Shown piece after piece: positions 37,220 to 47,972 of a DNA stretch of 64,000 nt (position 1 is its first letter; every line of letters starts with the position of its first letter). This DNA is from a bacterium (GTDB lineage: Bacteria > Patescibacteriota > Minisyncoccia > Phycocordibacterales > JAKAEA01), in assembly GCA_021818465.1 (NCBI GenBank), contig JAKAEA010000001.1, positions 454,045 to 518,044 of the forward strand, written 5' to 3'. The notes under the pieces were generated by a model. That model was not told the DNA's origin. It searched no databases and worked only from the letters and a program-made list of their open reading frames with translations. A program made the position numbers and the translations under genes.

Positions 37220-38566
37220 TCACGAAATTGCGACCAAAGCCGCCTTCAGTCGCTTAATAGTTTCTTCCTTACCCAAAATAGCCGCCAATGTAAAAGGATC
37301 TGGTGATTTTTCCCGACCGGAGAGTGCATAGCGCATTGGCCACAATACCGCTCCCCGACCCTGATGTTCAGCGTAGGGCCACAAAACCATTTTGGCCTTT
37401 TCGGCATCAAAATCAGACGTAAGGGTAGTAACAAAAGAAATTATTTTTTCAAGGTGCGCCCGTGTTGTTTCAGTACTGGTATCTTTCCAAATAATTTTTT
37501 TAGCATCTAGCACAGGTGTTTCAAAAAAATATGAGAATTCACCCGCATCCATCATTGTTTCGACATCGCTTGTCACACTTACTCGCTCACGAATACTAGA
37601 CACAATTTTAGGAGCCAAAGTCTCCACAGCACCTGCAAAGTAGCGCTTGCTCAGCACCTTGACAATGTCTTGTAGGAGTAATTCTGGCGGTTGCGTGCGC
37701 ATATATTCTCGATTAAACCATCGCAATTTTTCTTCATTAAAAATTGCACCGGCTTTTTGAATGTGTGCTATATCAAAAAGATGAATGAGCTCGTCAAGAG
37801 AAAAAATTTCTCGTTCGTTTTGGTTGGGGTTCCAGCCAAGCAACGCAATATAATTAATGAGCGCGGCGCGTAAAAAACCGGCCTGTTTATAGTAGCTAAG
37901 TGCGACGCGCTCGCCATGTTTTCGTTTAGAAAGCTTAGAGCGATCGGCGGCCAAAATAAGGGGTAAATGGGCATAGATAGGTCGCGGTGCGCCAAGTGCT
38001 TCTTGAATAAGAATTTGACGTGGCGTATTGGAAATATGGTCTTCACCACGAATAACGTGCGTGATGCCCATTAAAAAATCGTCAACAACCACACTGAAAT
38101 GGAACAATGGTTCTGTTGGACTGCGAGCAATAATAAAATCACCGAGATCGGTAGTATCCACACTAATATCGCCCCGAATTTCATCATGGAACGTTACTAT
38201 GGTGCCAGGGTTACGCAAACGAATAACCTCTCCCCGATCTCCTTCTTTTTCAACTTTTTCTTTGGAAACATAGGCTGCGCCACTGGCGAGCAACTTTTGC
38301 AGTTCGGTGGCGTGAATGTCTGCTCGTTCAGATTGTCGTGCAAATACATCCCATTCCAAACCAAGCCAGCGCATATTTTCAAGAATATTATCTTCATATT
38401 CTTTTTTGCTGCGAGCCACATCCGTATCTTCAATGCGCAATACAAACTGGCCACCATAATGACGGGCGAATAAAAAATTGAAGAGTGCAGTGCGCACACT
38501 GCCAATGTGAAAGAAACCGGTCGGACTCGGAGCAAAACGAACAGCAACGGGAGAATTATTTTTCAT
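37220..38566 (-). CDS. gltX: Glutamate--tRNA ligase
   Basis: PSPTGFFHIGS (HIGH) and KLSKRK (KMSKS). Confidence 0.9.
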   Translation of the reverse strand: MKNNSPVAVRFAPSPTGFFHIGSVRTALFNFLFARHYGGQFVLRIEDTDVARSKKEYEDNILENMRWLGLEWDVFARQSERADIHATELQKLLASGAAYVSKEKVEKEGDRGEVIRLRNPGTIVTFHDEIRGDISVDTTDLGDFIIARSPTEPLFHFSVVVDDFLMGITHVIRGEDHISNTPRQILIQEALGAPRPIYAHLPLILAADRSKLSKRKHGERVALSYYKQAGFLRAALINYIALLGWNPNQNEREIFSLDELIHLFDIAHIQKAGAIFNEEKLRWFNREYMRTQPPELLLQDIVKVLSKRYFAGAVETLAPKIVSSIRERVSVTSDVETMMDAGEFSYFFETPVLDAKKIIWKDTSTETTRAHLEKIISFVTTLTSDFDAEKAKMVLWPYAEHQGRGAVLWPMRYALSGREKSPDPFTLAAILGKEETIKRLKAALVAIS

Positions 38567-39683
38567 GTTTAAGAGCTAGACCAATAATTTCTCGAGCAAT
38601 AATATCCGCGGCATCAGCGCGAGCAAAACCAAGGGCTGCCTTTTTCATTACATCACGTTCTGCTGGCTGACTCATCAACCGGTCAATTTCTGAAACTAAA
38701 ATTGCGGTTGAGAGATTACTCTCTTCAATAACTACCGCCGCGCCAGAACGAGCGTAGTTATAGGCATTTTGACGCTGATGGTCACCGTTAGAATCCGTAA
38801 TAGGAATGATAATAGCAGGCACCCCCCATGCAGCAATTTCAAAAAGCGTAGAACCAGCTCGAGTAATCACTACATCAGCCGCGCCAGCAGCCATGCGCAA
38901 AGCCAACACCTCAAGTGAGGCAAAGGGTTTGTAACGATCTTTATGGGAACTTCCACTTAAAACAACATTTGCTAAACCGCGCACTTTATTAAAATTAGCA
39001 TCGCCGGTTTGGTGAATAATTTGATATTTTTCCACAAGACGTGGTAGCGCATCCACGAGAAATTCGTTGATACGCTCAGCGCCCTGAGAACCACCTAATA
39101 CAAGAATAACAGGCAGCGCTGGTGCTAATTCCAAAAAATCACGTGCTCCTTCATGCACTGGTCGCAATAATTCTTGGCGAATAGGATTACCAGTGACCGC
39201 TACCTTTTCTGCTGGAAAAAATTTTGCCGCTTCCTGATACGAAACTGCCACACGTATAGCAAACTTCCCTGCCCACCTATTCATACGACCCGGCACACTA
39301 TCAGACTCATGAATCACAACAGGAATTCCAAAAAAACGCGCTGCACACAAAACAGGAAAACTAACGTATCCACCTTTACCAAAAACCACATCAGGAAAAA
39401 TAAAATACAGAGACCACAACGCCGTAACAATTCCCCAGGCTGTGCGAAACACATCAAAAAAATTTGCTATAGAAAAATATCGTCGAAGTTTGCCCGCAGT
39501 ATTGCGAACAAATACAACACGATTATCAAAAAGCACTTGGCGGTCGTATGGTTGCGGCGCCATATAATACAGCTGCACGTCTACCAGTTTCGTTTCAGCC
39601 GCCACTTTACGCAGGGCTTGAGCCACGGCAATAACCGGGTAAAAATGACCGCCTGTTCCACCACCTGTCAATAAAATTTTCAT
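38556..39683 (-). CDS. murG: Undecaprenyldiphospho-muramoylpentapeptide beta-N-acetylglucosaminyltransferase
   Basis: GGTGGHFYP N-terminus, GT28 fold. Confidence 0.9.
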   Translation of the reverse strand: MKILLTGGGTGGHFYPVIAVAQALRKVAAETKLVDVQLYYMAPQPYDRQVLFDNRVVFVRNTAGKLRRYFSIANFFDVFRTAWGIVTALWSLYFIFPDVVFGKGGYVSFPVLCAARFFGIPVVIHESDSVPGRMNRWAGKFAIRVAVSYQEAAKFFPAEKVAVTGNPIRQELLRPVHEGARDFLELAPALPVILVLGGSQGAERINEFLVDALPRLVEKYQIIHQTGDANFNKVRGLANVVLSGSSHKDRYKPFASLEVLALRMAAGAADVVITRAGSTLFEIAAWGVPAIIIPITDSNGDHQRQNAYNYARSGAAVVIEESNLSTAILVSEIDRLMSQPAERDVMKKAALGFARADAADIIAREIIGLALKHEK

Positions 39684-39692
39684 ACGACGATT

Positions 39693-40793
39693 CTACACTT
39701 TTTTTCCGTTTTTAGAAATATTGAGAATAATACCAACTTCGGATAAGGCAAAAAGCATTGCCGTCCCACCCTGACTCACGAATACTAGAGGAATACCAGT
39801 TAAGGGCAAAACTGCTAACATGGAACCAATATTGACAAATGATTGCACAACAATAATTGTAACGAATCCAACGACGAGCGATCCTCCAAATGTTTCCGAC
39901 GTTTGCACAGCGATACGATAGCCGCGTATAGCAAAAAAAATAACGAGACTAATGAGAATGAGCGAACCAATAAAACCAAACTCCTCAGCAGCGACGGCGA
40001 AAATAGAGTCGCCAGCCGGCTCTGGTAAAAAATTAAATTTTTGAATTCCCTGACCAAAACCACGGCCAAACACCTCGCCAGAACCTTCCGCAATGAGGGC
40101 TTGCTGAATCTGATATCCGGAACTAAGCGAATTTTGAGACGGATTTAAAAACGTTAAAAAACGCTGCATCACATACGGTCGAGCAATTGCTAATACACCC
40201 ACAGCAAGTATGGCCACTAAAAAAATAATACCTACATGTCGCCACTTTCCTCCCGCAGTAATAAACATTGCCAACAGTGCGGTAACTAAAACAATTGTCG
40301 TGCCTGTATCCGGTTCTTTAATAAGCAATCCTCCAACGAGCGCCATAATGATAAGTAGCGGAACAAGTCCGTGGCGCACCGTGGTAATTCCTTTTTTAAC
40401 TTTTGCAATCCAGGCGGCAAAATAAATAATGGAGGCAAATTTCAAAAGTTCCGATGGTTGAAAACTCAACGGTCCCAAATTAAGCCAGCGGTGTGAACCA
40501 TTGTACGAGAATCCAATTTTCGGAAGAAATACTGCCACACACGCCAACAAACCAACAATAAAAAGCCACAATGCCCAGTTTCGCCATCGACGATACGACA
40601 TACTGGTAAACGATATGAGAAGTATTGCCCCTCCCACAATACCAACTGCGAATTGTTTAGCAATAACCACAACGTAGCTAATATTTTGTCGCGCCGCTAA
40701 TCCCAATGCGGCCGACATAAAAATGGCAAAACCAACTATAACCAAGAGTACAGTTGCCAGCAAAAAAGTTCTGTCGATGGAACGCAAATGCAT
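39693..40793 (-). CDS. ftsW: SEDS-family peptidoglycan glycosyltransferase FtsW/RodA
   Basis: 10-TMS SEDS protein. Position between mraY and murG supports FtsW. Confidence 0.85.
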   Translation of the reverse strand: MHLRSIDRTFLLATVLLVIVGFAIFMSAALGLAARQNISYVVVIAKQFAVGIVGGAILLISFTSMSYRRWRNWALWLFIVGLLACVAVFLPKIGFSYNGSHRWLNLGPLSFQPSELLKFASIIYFAAWIAKVKKGITTVRHGLVPLLIIMALVGGLLIKEPDTGTTIVLVTALLAMFITAGGKWRHVGIIFLVAILAVGVLAIARPYVMQRFLTFLNPSQNSLSSGYQIQQALIAEGSGEVFGRGFGQGIQKFNFLPEPAGDSIFAVAAEEFGFIGSLILISLVIFFAIRGYRIAVQTSETFGGSLVVGFVTIIVVQSFVNIGSMLAVLPLTGIPLVFVSQGGTAMLFALSEVGIILNISKNGKKV

Positions 40794-40837
40794 TATGTGT
40801 ATTATCGCACTAGTTAACGATTATGCCATCCCCAATT

Positions 40838-41929
40838 TTAGTGGATAGCAGTTGTTTGAATAACTGCCAAAAGCATGCCGAGCATCGCCAACACAACTGC
40901 CAAAATCCAGTAGCGCATTGTCACTTTAGCTGCCGGCCAACCTTTTGCTTCAAAATGATGGTGCAGTGGTGCGACTAAAAATATTTTTTTACCACCGCGC
41001 ATTTTTTTGGAAATTACTTGTATGATAACTGAAGCAACTGTTACCACGAGTAAAAAACCAATAATTGGTAACACGAGAATACCGTAGCCATGCCCTAGAG
41101 AATCTGTCATAAAAGCTACCGTGGTTAAACATAGTGTCAAAGCCATACTGCCTGTTTCAGCCATATAAAAGCGGGCGGGCGGTACGTTAAACCACAAAAA
41201 AGCAAGAATGGCACCTACGAGTACCGAACAAAGTGCGGCAAGATCGTATTGATGTTGGAAAAAAGCAATACCACCATATGCGGTAAAAGCAGCAGCAAAA
41301 ATACCACCTGCCAAACCATCGAGCCCGTCAATAACTCCACCGGCATACACCGCCATCGCCACAATCATAAAAAACACCGGGAAAAATGGTCCGAGCGGCA
41401 AACTCTGACCAAACGGCAAACCGATCGTAGAAATATCAAGCTTCACAAAAAACCATAAGCCGCACAGTAAACCAATAACTGCCACTACCACCAATCGTTT
41501 CTTGAGCGACAAACCGCCCGCTTTGTGATCTTTCGAACCAGATACATCCAAATAATCATCATACAAACCAACGAGCGCACCGAGCAAAAGAACCGCCATA
41601 GGAATAAAAGTTTGACTGCGACTCAAAAAATTAAATCGCTCAGCTAAACTATCTGGGCTTAGGTGTGCAATAAACCAAAAACCAGCAACAGTGACAAAAA
41701 CGCTGGCCCAAATTACTACTCCACCCATTTTGGGCGTACCCACCTCTTTATCTTTATGTAAACTATTAAAAATTGGCGTGTCGTTTCCTTGAAAATCTAC
41801 CTTTCCTGCTTTTTTCTTCCAGAGTTTATGCCGATACAAATACGAGCTAATGAATGGGGTAAGTAAAATGCCAATAATAAATGCCGTAGTACCGGGCAAA
41901 AAAAGCTTCAGTAAATCAGCGTTAATCAT
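40838..41929 (-). CDS. mraY: Phospho-N-acetylmuramoyl-pentapeptide transferase
   Basis: MraY family polytopic protein (GT4 family of PNPT). Confidence 0.9.
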   Translation of the reverse strand: MINADLLKLFLPGTTAFIIGILLTPFISSYLYRHKLWKKKAGKVDFQGNDTPIFNSLHKDKEVGTPKMGGVVIWASVFVTVAGFWFIAHLSPDSLAERFNFLSRSQTFIPMAVLLLGALVGLYDDYLDVSGSKDHKAGGLSLKKRLVVVAVIGLLCGLWFFVKLDISTIGLPFGQSLPLGPFFPVFFMIVAMAVYAGGVIDGLDGLAGGIFAAAFTAYGGIAFFQHQYDLAALCSVLVGAILAFLWFNVPPARFYMAETGSMALTLCLTTVAFMTDSLGHGYGILVLPIIGFLLVVTVASVIIQVISKKMRGGKKIFLVAPLHHHFEAKGWPAAKVTMRYWILAVVLAMLGMLLAVIQTTAIH

Positions 41930-41964
41930 AAAAATCGAACAATGTTTTGGTGATTATACCTTTG

Positions 41965-43047
41965 CTAGCCGCCAGCAGCAACAACAGCGGCGGACGTTGA
42001 TGCAAGAGCGGCCACATCAGCAAAACGACCGCTTTCTGTAGAACCAAGCACTACAATAACGATTGGGTGGCCAGCAATATTAACAATCACAGCAAGATTG
42101 CCACCAGCAATATCAGTATACCCTGTTTTGCTGGCAACAATATTCAATCCCCCCAAAGTCAAAAGGTCAGTGTTTTTGCCAGTATGTACAATGTTGTTTA
42201 ATGACGTTTCCGTAACCGTTGGAAAACGGGTTGCATCAATAATATTTGGATAGCGTGCCGCATCGTATGTTATGAGCTTCGCCACGTCTTCAGCAGAAGC
42301 GTAGGCGCCAGAAGTAGTTGTGCTCAAATCAAGACCGCTCGGATCAAGAAAACGCGCATGTGTAAGTCCAATTTGACTCGCAAGCGTGTTCATTTTACTG
42401 ACAAAAGCAGCTTGATAATTTTTAAGCACAGTCGTTGAAGCCGACCATACTAAAGCAGAAGCATTGGGAATGGGTAGTTCTGCTGTATGTGCCGTGGTGA
42501 TATGTTCTTGCGTTGCAATAGTAGTAGGATTTTCTAAAAGTGCGCCAATATTTTGCGCTATAGAAGTCGCGCCATCATTAGAAGAAACTACTAATGTAAA
42601 TCGTAATAAATCACCAAGACGCCATCGCTCTTGTACATACAAACCACTATCACCTCCCCACCCTTCTAGTAAGGAGAGGCGGGTAATAGCAACGACAGTT
42701 GTAGTGGGAGCGCTATCAAGCGCCGTTGCTGTCGTCATTAACTTTGTGAGCGATGCTAGTGCAAGTGGTTCTGAAGCGTTTTTTGCAAATAATGTCTGCC
42801 CGGTACTCAGGTCGGCAACGTAGGCAGCTTTGCCGACTAAAGTCGTCGTAGCAAAATACGTACTCCAATTTTGACGCACTACCGGAAGTGGTGCGGGAGT
42901 TGATTTTTGAGAAACAATTTTCTTTTCACCAACTGGATGAGTTATTGAAAATGCAATGAGAGCAATAATGATAATGCATACGAGGCCTATACCAAGCCAC
43001 ATAAAGCGTGTACGCCAGGATTGGCGATAATAAGGATAATGCATCAT
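41965..43047 (-). CDS. D-alanyl-D-alanine carboxypeptidase (S11, PBP5-like)
   Basis: N-terminal TM segment, SxxK (SLTKLMT), 360 aa. Confidence 0.8.
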   Translation of the reverse strand: MMHYPYYRQSWRTRFMWLGIGLVCIIIIALIAFSITHPVGEKKIVSQKSTPAPLPVVRQNWSTYFATTTLVGKAAYVADLSTGQTLFAKNASEPLALASLTKLMTTATALDSAPTTTVVAITRLSLLEGWGGDSGLYVQERWRLGDLLRFTLVVSSNDGATSIAQNIGALLENPTTIATQEHITTAHTAELPIPNASALVWSASTTVLKNYQAAFVSKMNTLASQIGLTHARFLDPSGLDLSTTTSGAYASAEDVAKLITYDAARYPNIIDATRFPTVTETSLNNIVHTGKNTDLLTLGGLNIVASKTGYTDIAGGNLAVIVNIAGHPIVIVVLGSTESGRFADVAALASTSAAVVAAGG

Positions 43048-43053
43048 AAAATG

Positions 43054-43644
43054 TTATTGTATGGTTTCGCCTTCAGTCTGTTCTGTTACCGCTTTTTGTT
43101 GTTCTCGTATCTCATCTTGCACTGTAGCGTATTCTGGTAAATCACTGACACGAGCGACGCCGAGATATCCCAAGAGCGCCGTAGTTGGTTGATATATCGC
43201 TCCCCGCTCACCTTTTTTCTCTACTCGTTCCACTAAACCACGAACTAGTAAGTTGCGAATAATATAGGAGCAATTAACACCACGAATATATTCAATATCG
43301 CGACGACCCACCGGTCCGCGATATAAAATAATAGCCAGAGTTTCTAAGCCGGCCTTACCAAGATCTTTGACCAGCTCTTCTTTAACTAAACGTTCAATGA
43401 AAGGACCTGCTACGGCAGCGGTACCTAAAAAAATTTCATCGCCATTAAAAATGAGTTGCACTCCTCTGCCCTGTAAATTTTTCTCCAATTCCACAAGGGC
43501 CGTTTCAATATCTGCCATAGGAGCACCAGCTAATTCTGCCAACCGATCTTTTTTAACAGGCTCACCTTTCCAAAATAAAATAGCTTCCAGAGTAACCACC
43601 AAAGAAAGTTGCGCTTCGTGCATAGTCAAATAATCATACAGCAA
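43054..43644 (-). CDS. scpB: Segregation and condensation protein B
   Basis: Two winged-helix ScpB repeats. Downstream of scpA. Confidence 0.8.
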   Translation of the reverse strand: MLYDYLTMHEAQLSLVVTLEAILFWKGEPVKKDRLAELAGAPMADIETALVELEKNLQGRGVQLIFNGDEIFLGTAAVAGPFIERLVKEELVKDLGKAGLETLAIILYRGPVGRRDIEYIRGVNCSYIIRNLLVRGLVERVEKKGERGAIYQPTTALLGYLGVARVSDLPEYATVQDEIREQQKAVTEQTEGETIQ

Positions 43645-43658
43645 CCCTGTTGTATTTT

Positions 43659-44396
43659 CTAGTAGCGTGGCGTGGCCACGCTTTGTGTTTCCATTTCAAT
43701 ATCACCGAAATCGTTCTCTTGACGCACCGCCAATGCACCACGCTTCACTAATTCCAACATTGCCAAAAAACTGACAATAACATGCACTCTGCGTTCGCGT
43801 CCGTCACCAGGTGCGTGGCCGCTTGAAAACTCGCGAAAACTCATTTTGAGCGTGCCGGCAATACGTTCAGAAAGATTACCAATCATTTCTTCCAGAGAAA
43901 TAACTTTTTTAACAACCGCTGCTGGTAAACGCTCCTTGATCGGCATGGCCGCAAGCACTGCGTGGATAGCGGCAGCGAGCGCCGGCAACGTCATCGAAGC
44001 ATCGGGCGAAAACACCGGAGTAATTGTTCGCGGTGCATTTTTTTCAAAAATAATGTGTTGGCCCCAGCGATTTTTAAGCCCACCTGCCAACTCACGAATA
44101 CGCCGGTACAGCTCCAAACGCCGTTCCAAATCGTGAATATTTTCTTCTTCTTCTGGCGAAAGCGAGAGTGTCGGTAAAAGCGATTTTGACTTAATGAGCA
44201 ACAGTGTCGAAGCAACAAGGATAAACTGCGCGCTTTCCGCCACTGGAAAATGTTCTAGTTGATTAAGGTAGGTAATAAAATCATCAGCCACCGCCGAGAG
44301 CGACACGTCATTAACAAAGAGCTTACGTTTCTCAATGAGTTCCAACAGTACCTCCAACGGCCCTTCAAAATGTTCTGATTTTACCTGCCACGTCAT
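43659..44396 (-). CDS. scpA: Segregation and condensation protein A
   Basis: ScpA family. ATG 44396 chosen (MTWQVKSEHFEGPLEVLL...). Confidence 0.8.
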   Translation of the reverse strand: MTWQVKSEHFEGPLEVLLELIEKRKLFVNDVSLSAVADDFITYLNQLEHFPVAESAQFILVASTLLLIKSKSLLPTLSLSPEEEENIHDLERRLELYRRIRELAGGLKNRWGQHIIFEKNAPRTITPVFSPDASMTLPALAAAIHAVLAAMPIKERLPAAVVKKVISLEEMIGNLSERIAGTLKMSFREFSSGHAPGDGRERRVHVIVSFLAMLELVKRGALAVRQENDFGDIEMETQSVATPRY

Positions 44397-44406
44397 ATAC
44401 GTCTCG

Positions 44407-45738
44407 TTACTTGGACAATAAAATATCGATGCGATTGAGATCGCGCGGAAAAAGCGTCGCTTCTTTAACATTTTCCAACCCTAGCAGTTTGGCGGTTAAT
44501 CGTTCTAAACCAAGACCGATGCCGCCATGTGGTGGCATACCATATTTAAAGGCCTGCAAATAAAAAGAAAACTTTTGAGGATCAAGTCCTTTACGCTCTA
44601 GGGCAGCGACGAGTGTGTCGTAGTCGTGAATACGCTGAGCGCCGGTAGTAATCTCCACACCGCGAAAAAGCAAATCAAACCCTTTGGCATAGCCAGGGTC
44701 AGCATCATCTTCCATGGTATAGAACGGTCGCTTGGCAAGCGGATAGTGGGTGATAAAAATAAAATCCGAGTCAAATTTTTTCGCGGCATACTCACAGAGC
44801 CACCGCTCGTGCTGCGGCTCCAAATCAGGTTCTTCAGTGCAGTCAACGCCATATTCGGCTTTGATAATTTTCTGCGCTTCGCGTAATTTCAGTGTCGGAA
44901 TTTTTTCCGGCACCACAGGAATCTCACTGGCAAGCAACGAAAATTCCGCGGCACACGTCTCACGCAAACGCTTCGCCATACACTGCAAAAAACCATTTTC
45001 CATGTTCATTACATCAGTGTGATCAGTAATGAATCCCATCTCAAAATCCAATGAGGTGTACTCGTTCAGATGACGTGACGTGCTGTGCTTCTCAGCACGA
45101 TACACATTACCTGTACTAAAAACTCGTTCAAACACACCAACCATCACCTGCTTATAGAGTTGCGGACTTGTTCCCAAGTGCGCGGTTGTGCCAAAATATT
45201 CCACGTTAAAAGTGTTAGCACCACCTTCAGCATCTTCGCCAATAAGTTTGGGCGACTGAAATTCAGTAAATCCGTGCCGCATTAAAAATTCGCGAAAGGC
45301 GGTAATGATTGTCGCTTGCACTTTGAAAATAGCTCGCGAGCGGGGCGTGCGTAATGTCAGTGGCAAATAATCAAGATAGGTGTCTAAATTAAGCTCGGCA
45401 CTCTGTTCAAACGGTAATTCTTTAGCTGCAGCACATACTCGCACCTCCAACGCTTCCAACTCAATAGTGCCGTTGACTTCATCTTTGTTGACCATTTTTT
45501 CTGGTCGACTATTGACTATACCCTTCACTTCCAAAACCCATTCCGCTCGGCTTTCTACCGCAACGTTATGAGCCTCAGCGTGATTCGGTAATGCCACTAC
45601 TTGCACCGTACCACTACGGTCGCGTAGGTCAAAAAAAATTAATTTGCCGTGATCGCGTCGCACATTCACCCAGCCAGCAATAGTTACCTCTTTCCCAATG
45701 TGGTTTTTTAACTCATTAATAAGCATTCGTTCGGTCAT
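44407..45738 (-). CDS. aspS: Aspartate--tRNA ligase, archaeal/eukaryotic type (443 aa; likely non-discriminating)
   Basis: Class IIb anticodon-binding OB fold plus catalytic core. QSPQLYKQ motif is characteristic of AspRS rather than AsnRS. Lacks the bacterial GAD insertion. Confidence 0.8.
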   Translation of the reverse strand: MTERMLINELKNHIGKEVTIAGWVNVRRDHGKLIFFDLRDRSGTVQVVALPNHAEAHNVAVESRAEWVLEVKGIVNSRPEKMVNKDEVNGTIELEALEVRVCAAAKELPFEQSAELNLDTYLDYLPLTLRTPRSRAIFKVQATIITAFREFLMRHGFTEFQSPKLIGEDAEGGANTFNVEYFGTTAHLGTSPQLYKQVMVGVFERVFSTGNVYRAEKHSTSRHLNEYTSLDFEMGFITDHTDVMNMENGFLQCMAKRLRETCAAEFSLLASEIPVVPEKIPTLKLREAQKIIKAEYGVDCTEEPDLEPQHERWLCEYAAKKFDSDFIFITHYPLAKRPFYTMEDDADPGYAKGFDLLFRGVEITTGAQRIHDYDTLVAALERKGLDPQKFSFYLQAFKYGMPPHGGIGLGLERLTAKLLGLENVKEATLFPRDLNRIDILLSK

Positions 45739-45898
45739 AGTATTGAAATAATAGCAAATTCATGCTGAAAAGCGAATTTTTTAGTCTCCAACAAGTATGG
45801 TACAGTATGAGTACGGCCAATTTAAAAACATGCACTTCCATCTCGGTCTCAAACACAAACACCTACGTCACGAAAAAGAAGCTCAGGGAGAGCCAAGT

Positions 45899-46180
45899 AT
45901 GCCCACCGAAGCAAATCCGCGATACATCCACTTTCTTGACCGTGTCACGTTTATTGCTGGCGTTGTTGGACCATTCACTGTATTGCCCCAGATTTACCAA
46001 ATTTTTAGCACCCACCAAGCCGCCGGTGTTTCCGTCATCGCGTGGCTATTGATGTTTATTGTTACCTTTCCTTGGATTTTCTATGGTGTCGCGCATCGTG
46101 ACAAAACTATCATCATTAGTTTTATTCTCTGGGAAATCGCCAACGCTCTCGTAGTCGTGGGCGCTATGATGTATCACTAA
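45899..46180 (+). CDS. SemiSWEET-like PQ-loop sugar transporter (93 aa, 3 TMS)
   Basis: PQ motif (VLPQIYQIF) in TM1 with a W/P-containing TM2. RBS GGGAGAG 6 nt before ATG 45899. Confidence 0.6.
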   Translation: MPTEANPRYIHFLDRVTFIAGVVGPFTVLPQIYQIFSTHQAAGVSVIAWLLMFIVTFPWIFYGVAHRDKTIIISFILWEIANALVVVGAMMYH

Positions 46181-46183
46181 AAA

Positions 46184-47281
46184 TTACACATTCACCCCAA
46201 TCGCTTCACGCACCGTTTTCATCTTCGCATCAGCAACAGCACGCGCCTGTTCCCCACCACGAGCAAGAATTTCCCGTACTACATCTGGTTTTTTTTCTAA
46301 TACAGCACGCCGTTCCCGCAATGGCGCGCTAAACGCCGAAATTTTTTCTATTAATAATTCTTTTGACTCTTTGTAACTAATAGTCCCCGTACGATATCGC
46401 TTTGCTAACGCTTCGAGCTCAACAGCGGCAGTAAAAAGTTTATGTAAGGCAAAAATATTATCTTGCTCTGGATCTTTAGGGTCATGCGGACTCTTGGAAT
46501 CGGTCACGATACTCATCACCGCTTTCTTGATCGTTTCCTCATCAGCAAAAAGTGGAATAGTATTGCCATAGCTTTTAGACATTTTGCGACCGTCGATGCC
46601 CGGCACTGTCGCTACGTCCTCTACCATCAAAGCATTCGGTAATGTAAACAGATCACTAAAAGTGCCATTGAACTTTTGAGCTATATCACGAGTGTATTCT
46701 ATATGCTGTTTCTGATCTTGACCCACCGGCACTACCTGAGCATCGTAGAGCAAAATATCCGCGGCCATAAGAACAGGATAATTAAATGTGCCAACGTTTC
46801 CCGTATCTTCCATAAGTTCACCTTCTCCAATAAGCTTTTTTTTAATCTCATACCCCATTTGATCAAAAGATTTCCCTTGTGGAATAGTAAAATTTTCAGG
46901 CGAGGCAATTGATTTTATTTTTTTATCTACTGTTTCTTTATAGGCATGAGCTCGTTGCAGAAATGATACCGTTACCAATGTATCAAAAATCCAAGTCAAC
47001 TCCGTGTGCGCAGAAACGTCAGATTGTTTGAATATAATGGCCTTTTTTGGGTCCAAACCAATAGCAAGATAATCAAGGGCTAGATCAATAATGTATTGTC
47101 GCATTTTCTCTGCATCTTTAATCGTGGTAAGTGCGTGGTAGTCGGCAATCATAAAATAGCAGGTATATTCACCCGAATTCAAAAGATTAACAAACTGCCG
47201 CATAGCGCCAAAGTAGTTACCGATATGAGGGCGACCAGTCGGTTTAACGCCGGAAAGCAAAATTTTTTGCGAAGCAGACAT
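46184..47281 (-). CDS. trpS: Tryptophan--tRNA ligase
   Basis: HIGN (TGRPHIGN) and KMSKS. Confidence 0.9.
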   Translation of the reverse strand: MSASQKILLSGVKPTGRPHIGNYFGAMRQFVNLLNSGEYTCYFMIADYHALTTIKDAEKMRQYIIDLALDYLAIGLDPKKAIIFKQSDVSAHTELTWIFDTLVTVSFLQRAHAYKETVDKKIKSIASPENFTIPQGKSFDQMGYEIKKKLIGEGELMEDTGNVGTFNYPVLMAADILLYDAQVVPVGQDQKQHIEYTRDIAQKFNGTFSDLFTLPNALMVEDVATVPGIDGRKMSKSYGNTIPLFADEETIKKAVMSIVTDSKSPHDPKDPEQDNIFALHKLFTAAVELEALAKRYRTGTISYKESKELLIEKISAFSAPLRERRAVLEKKPDVVREILARGGEQARAVADAKMKTVREAIGVNV

Positions 47282-47426
47282 ATATGTTTATAATAACAGG
47301 AGCTGTAATAAAAAGCAGCGGATATCGTATACATAGTATCAAACGCCATTACAAAGTAAAATTACTAGTATTATTTTTTATACGTATATGAATACTTTAT
47401 ATTCAAAAAAACATACCGGGAGCGTA

Positions 47427-47969
47427 ATGGGGTGGATTGTTATTATTATTTTTATTCTTATAATCGTAGGAGGAATATTGTATTATCTCTCAACACAAAA
47501 TGGCGCAATTCCCCCGGGAGTTTTGAATAACAATGGGAATAGCTCTGCAACATCAACTCCCACACCGACCCAACAAACCGCAACCACCACCGCGCTAGCA
47601 AGCACCACCTCCGCAGGCGTACCAATGATTCCCTATTACACGCTAGCGATAAAAACGAGTCCGACACTTGGTCAATATTTAACCGCCGCGGATGGTATGA
47701 CACTCTATGTATACGCCCATGACTCAAATAATAAAAGTGCATGTACGGGCACCTGCAGCGTGATATGGCCACCATACACCGTTCTTTCAACTAACGCACT
47801 CACCGTGGGCCCTCACCTGGCTGGAAAAATTGGTTTTATAACTCGCGCTAATGGCACAAAACAAGTAACGTATAATGGCGCACCTCTCTACTTTTACGAA
47901 AAGGACATTAAGCCAGGAGAAACTCTAGGTAATGGAATCTTAGGATTGTGGTCAGTGGCCAAGCCGTAA
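47427..47969 (+). CDS. Secreted protein of the COG4315/'secreted repeat' family
   Basis: Signal/TM segment, S/T linker, then GxTLYxYxxDxxxxSxCTGxCxxxWPP repeats. RBS GGGAG before ATG 47427. Confidence 0.6.
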   Translation: MGWIVIIIFILIIVGGILYYLSTQNGAIPPGVLNNNGNSSATSTPTPTQQTATTTALASTTSAGVPMIPYYTLAIKTSPTLGQYLTAADGMTLYVYAHDSNNKSACTGTCSVIWPPYTVLSTNALTVGPHLAGKIGFITRANGTKQVTYNGAPLYFYEKDIKPGETLGNGILGLWSVAKP

Positions 47970-47972
47970 AAC

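Noticed and set aside
45762-46052. 96-aa ORF and the long 45797 start for the SemiSWEET gene
   Set aside because: The 45762 frame overlaps the PQ-loop protein out of frame. The His-rich N-terminal extension from 45797 lacks an RBS, whereas ATG 45899 has GGGAGAG upstream and gives the canonical ~90-aa SemiSWEET length.
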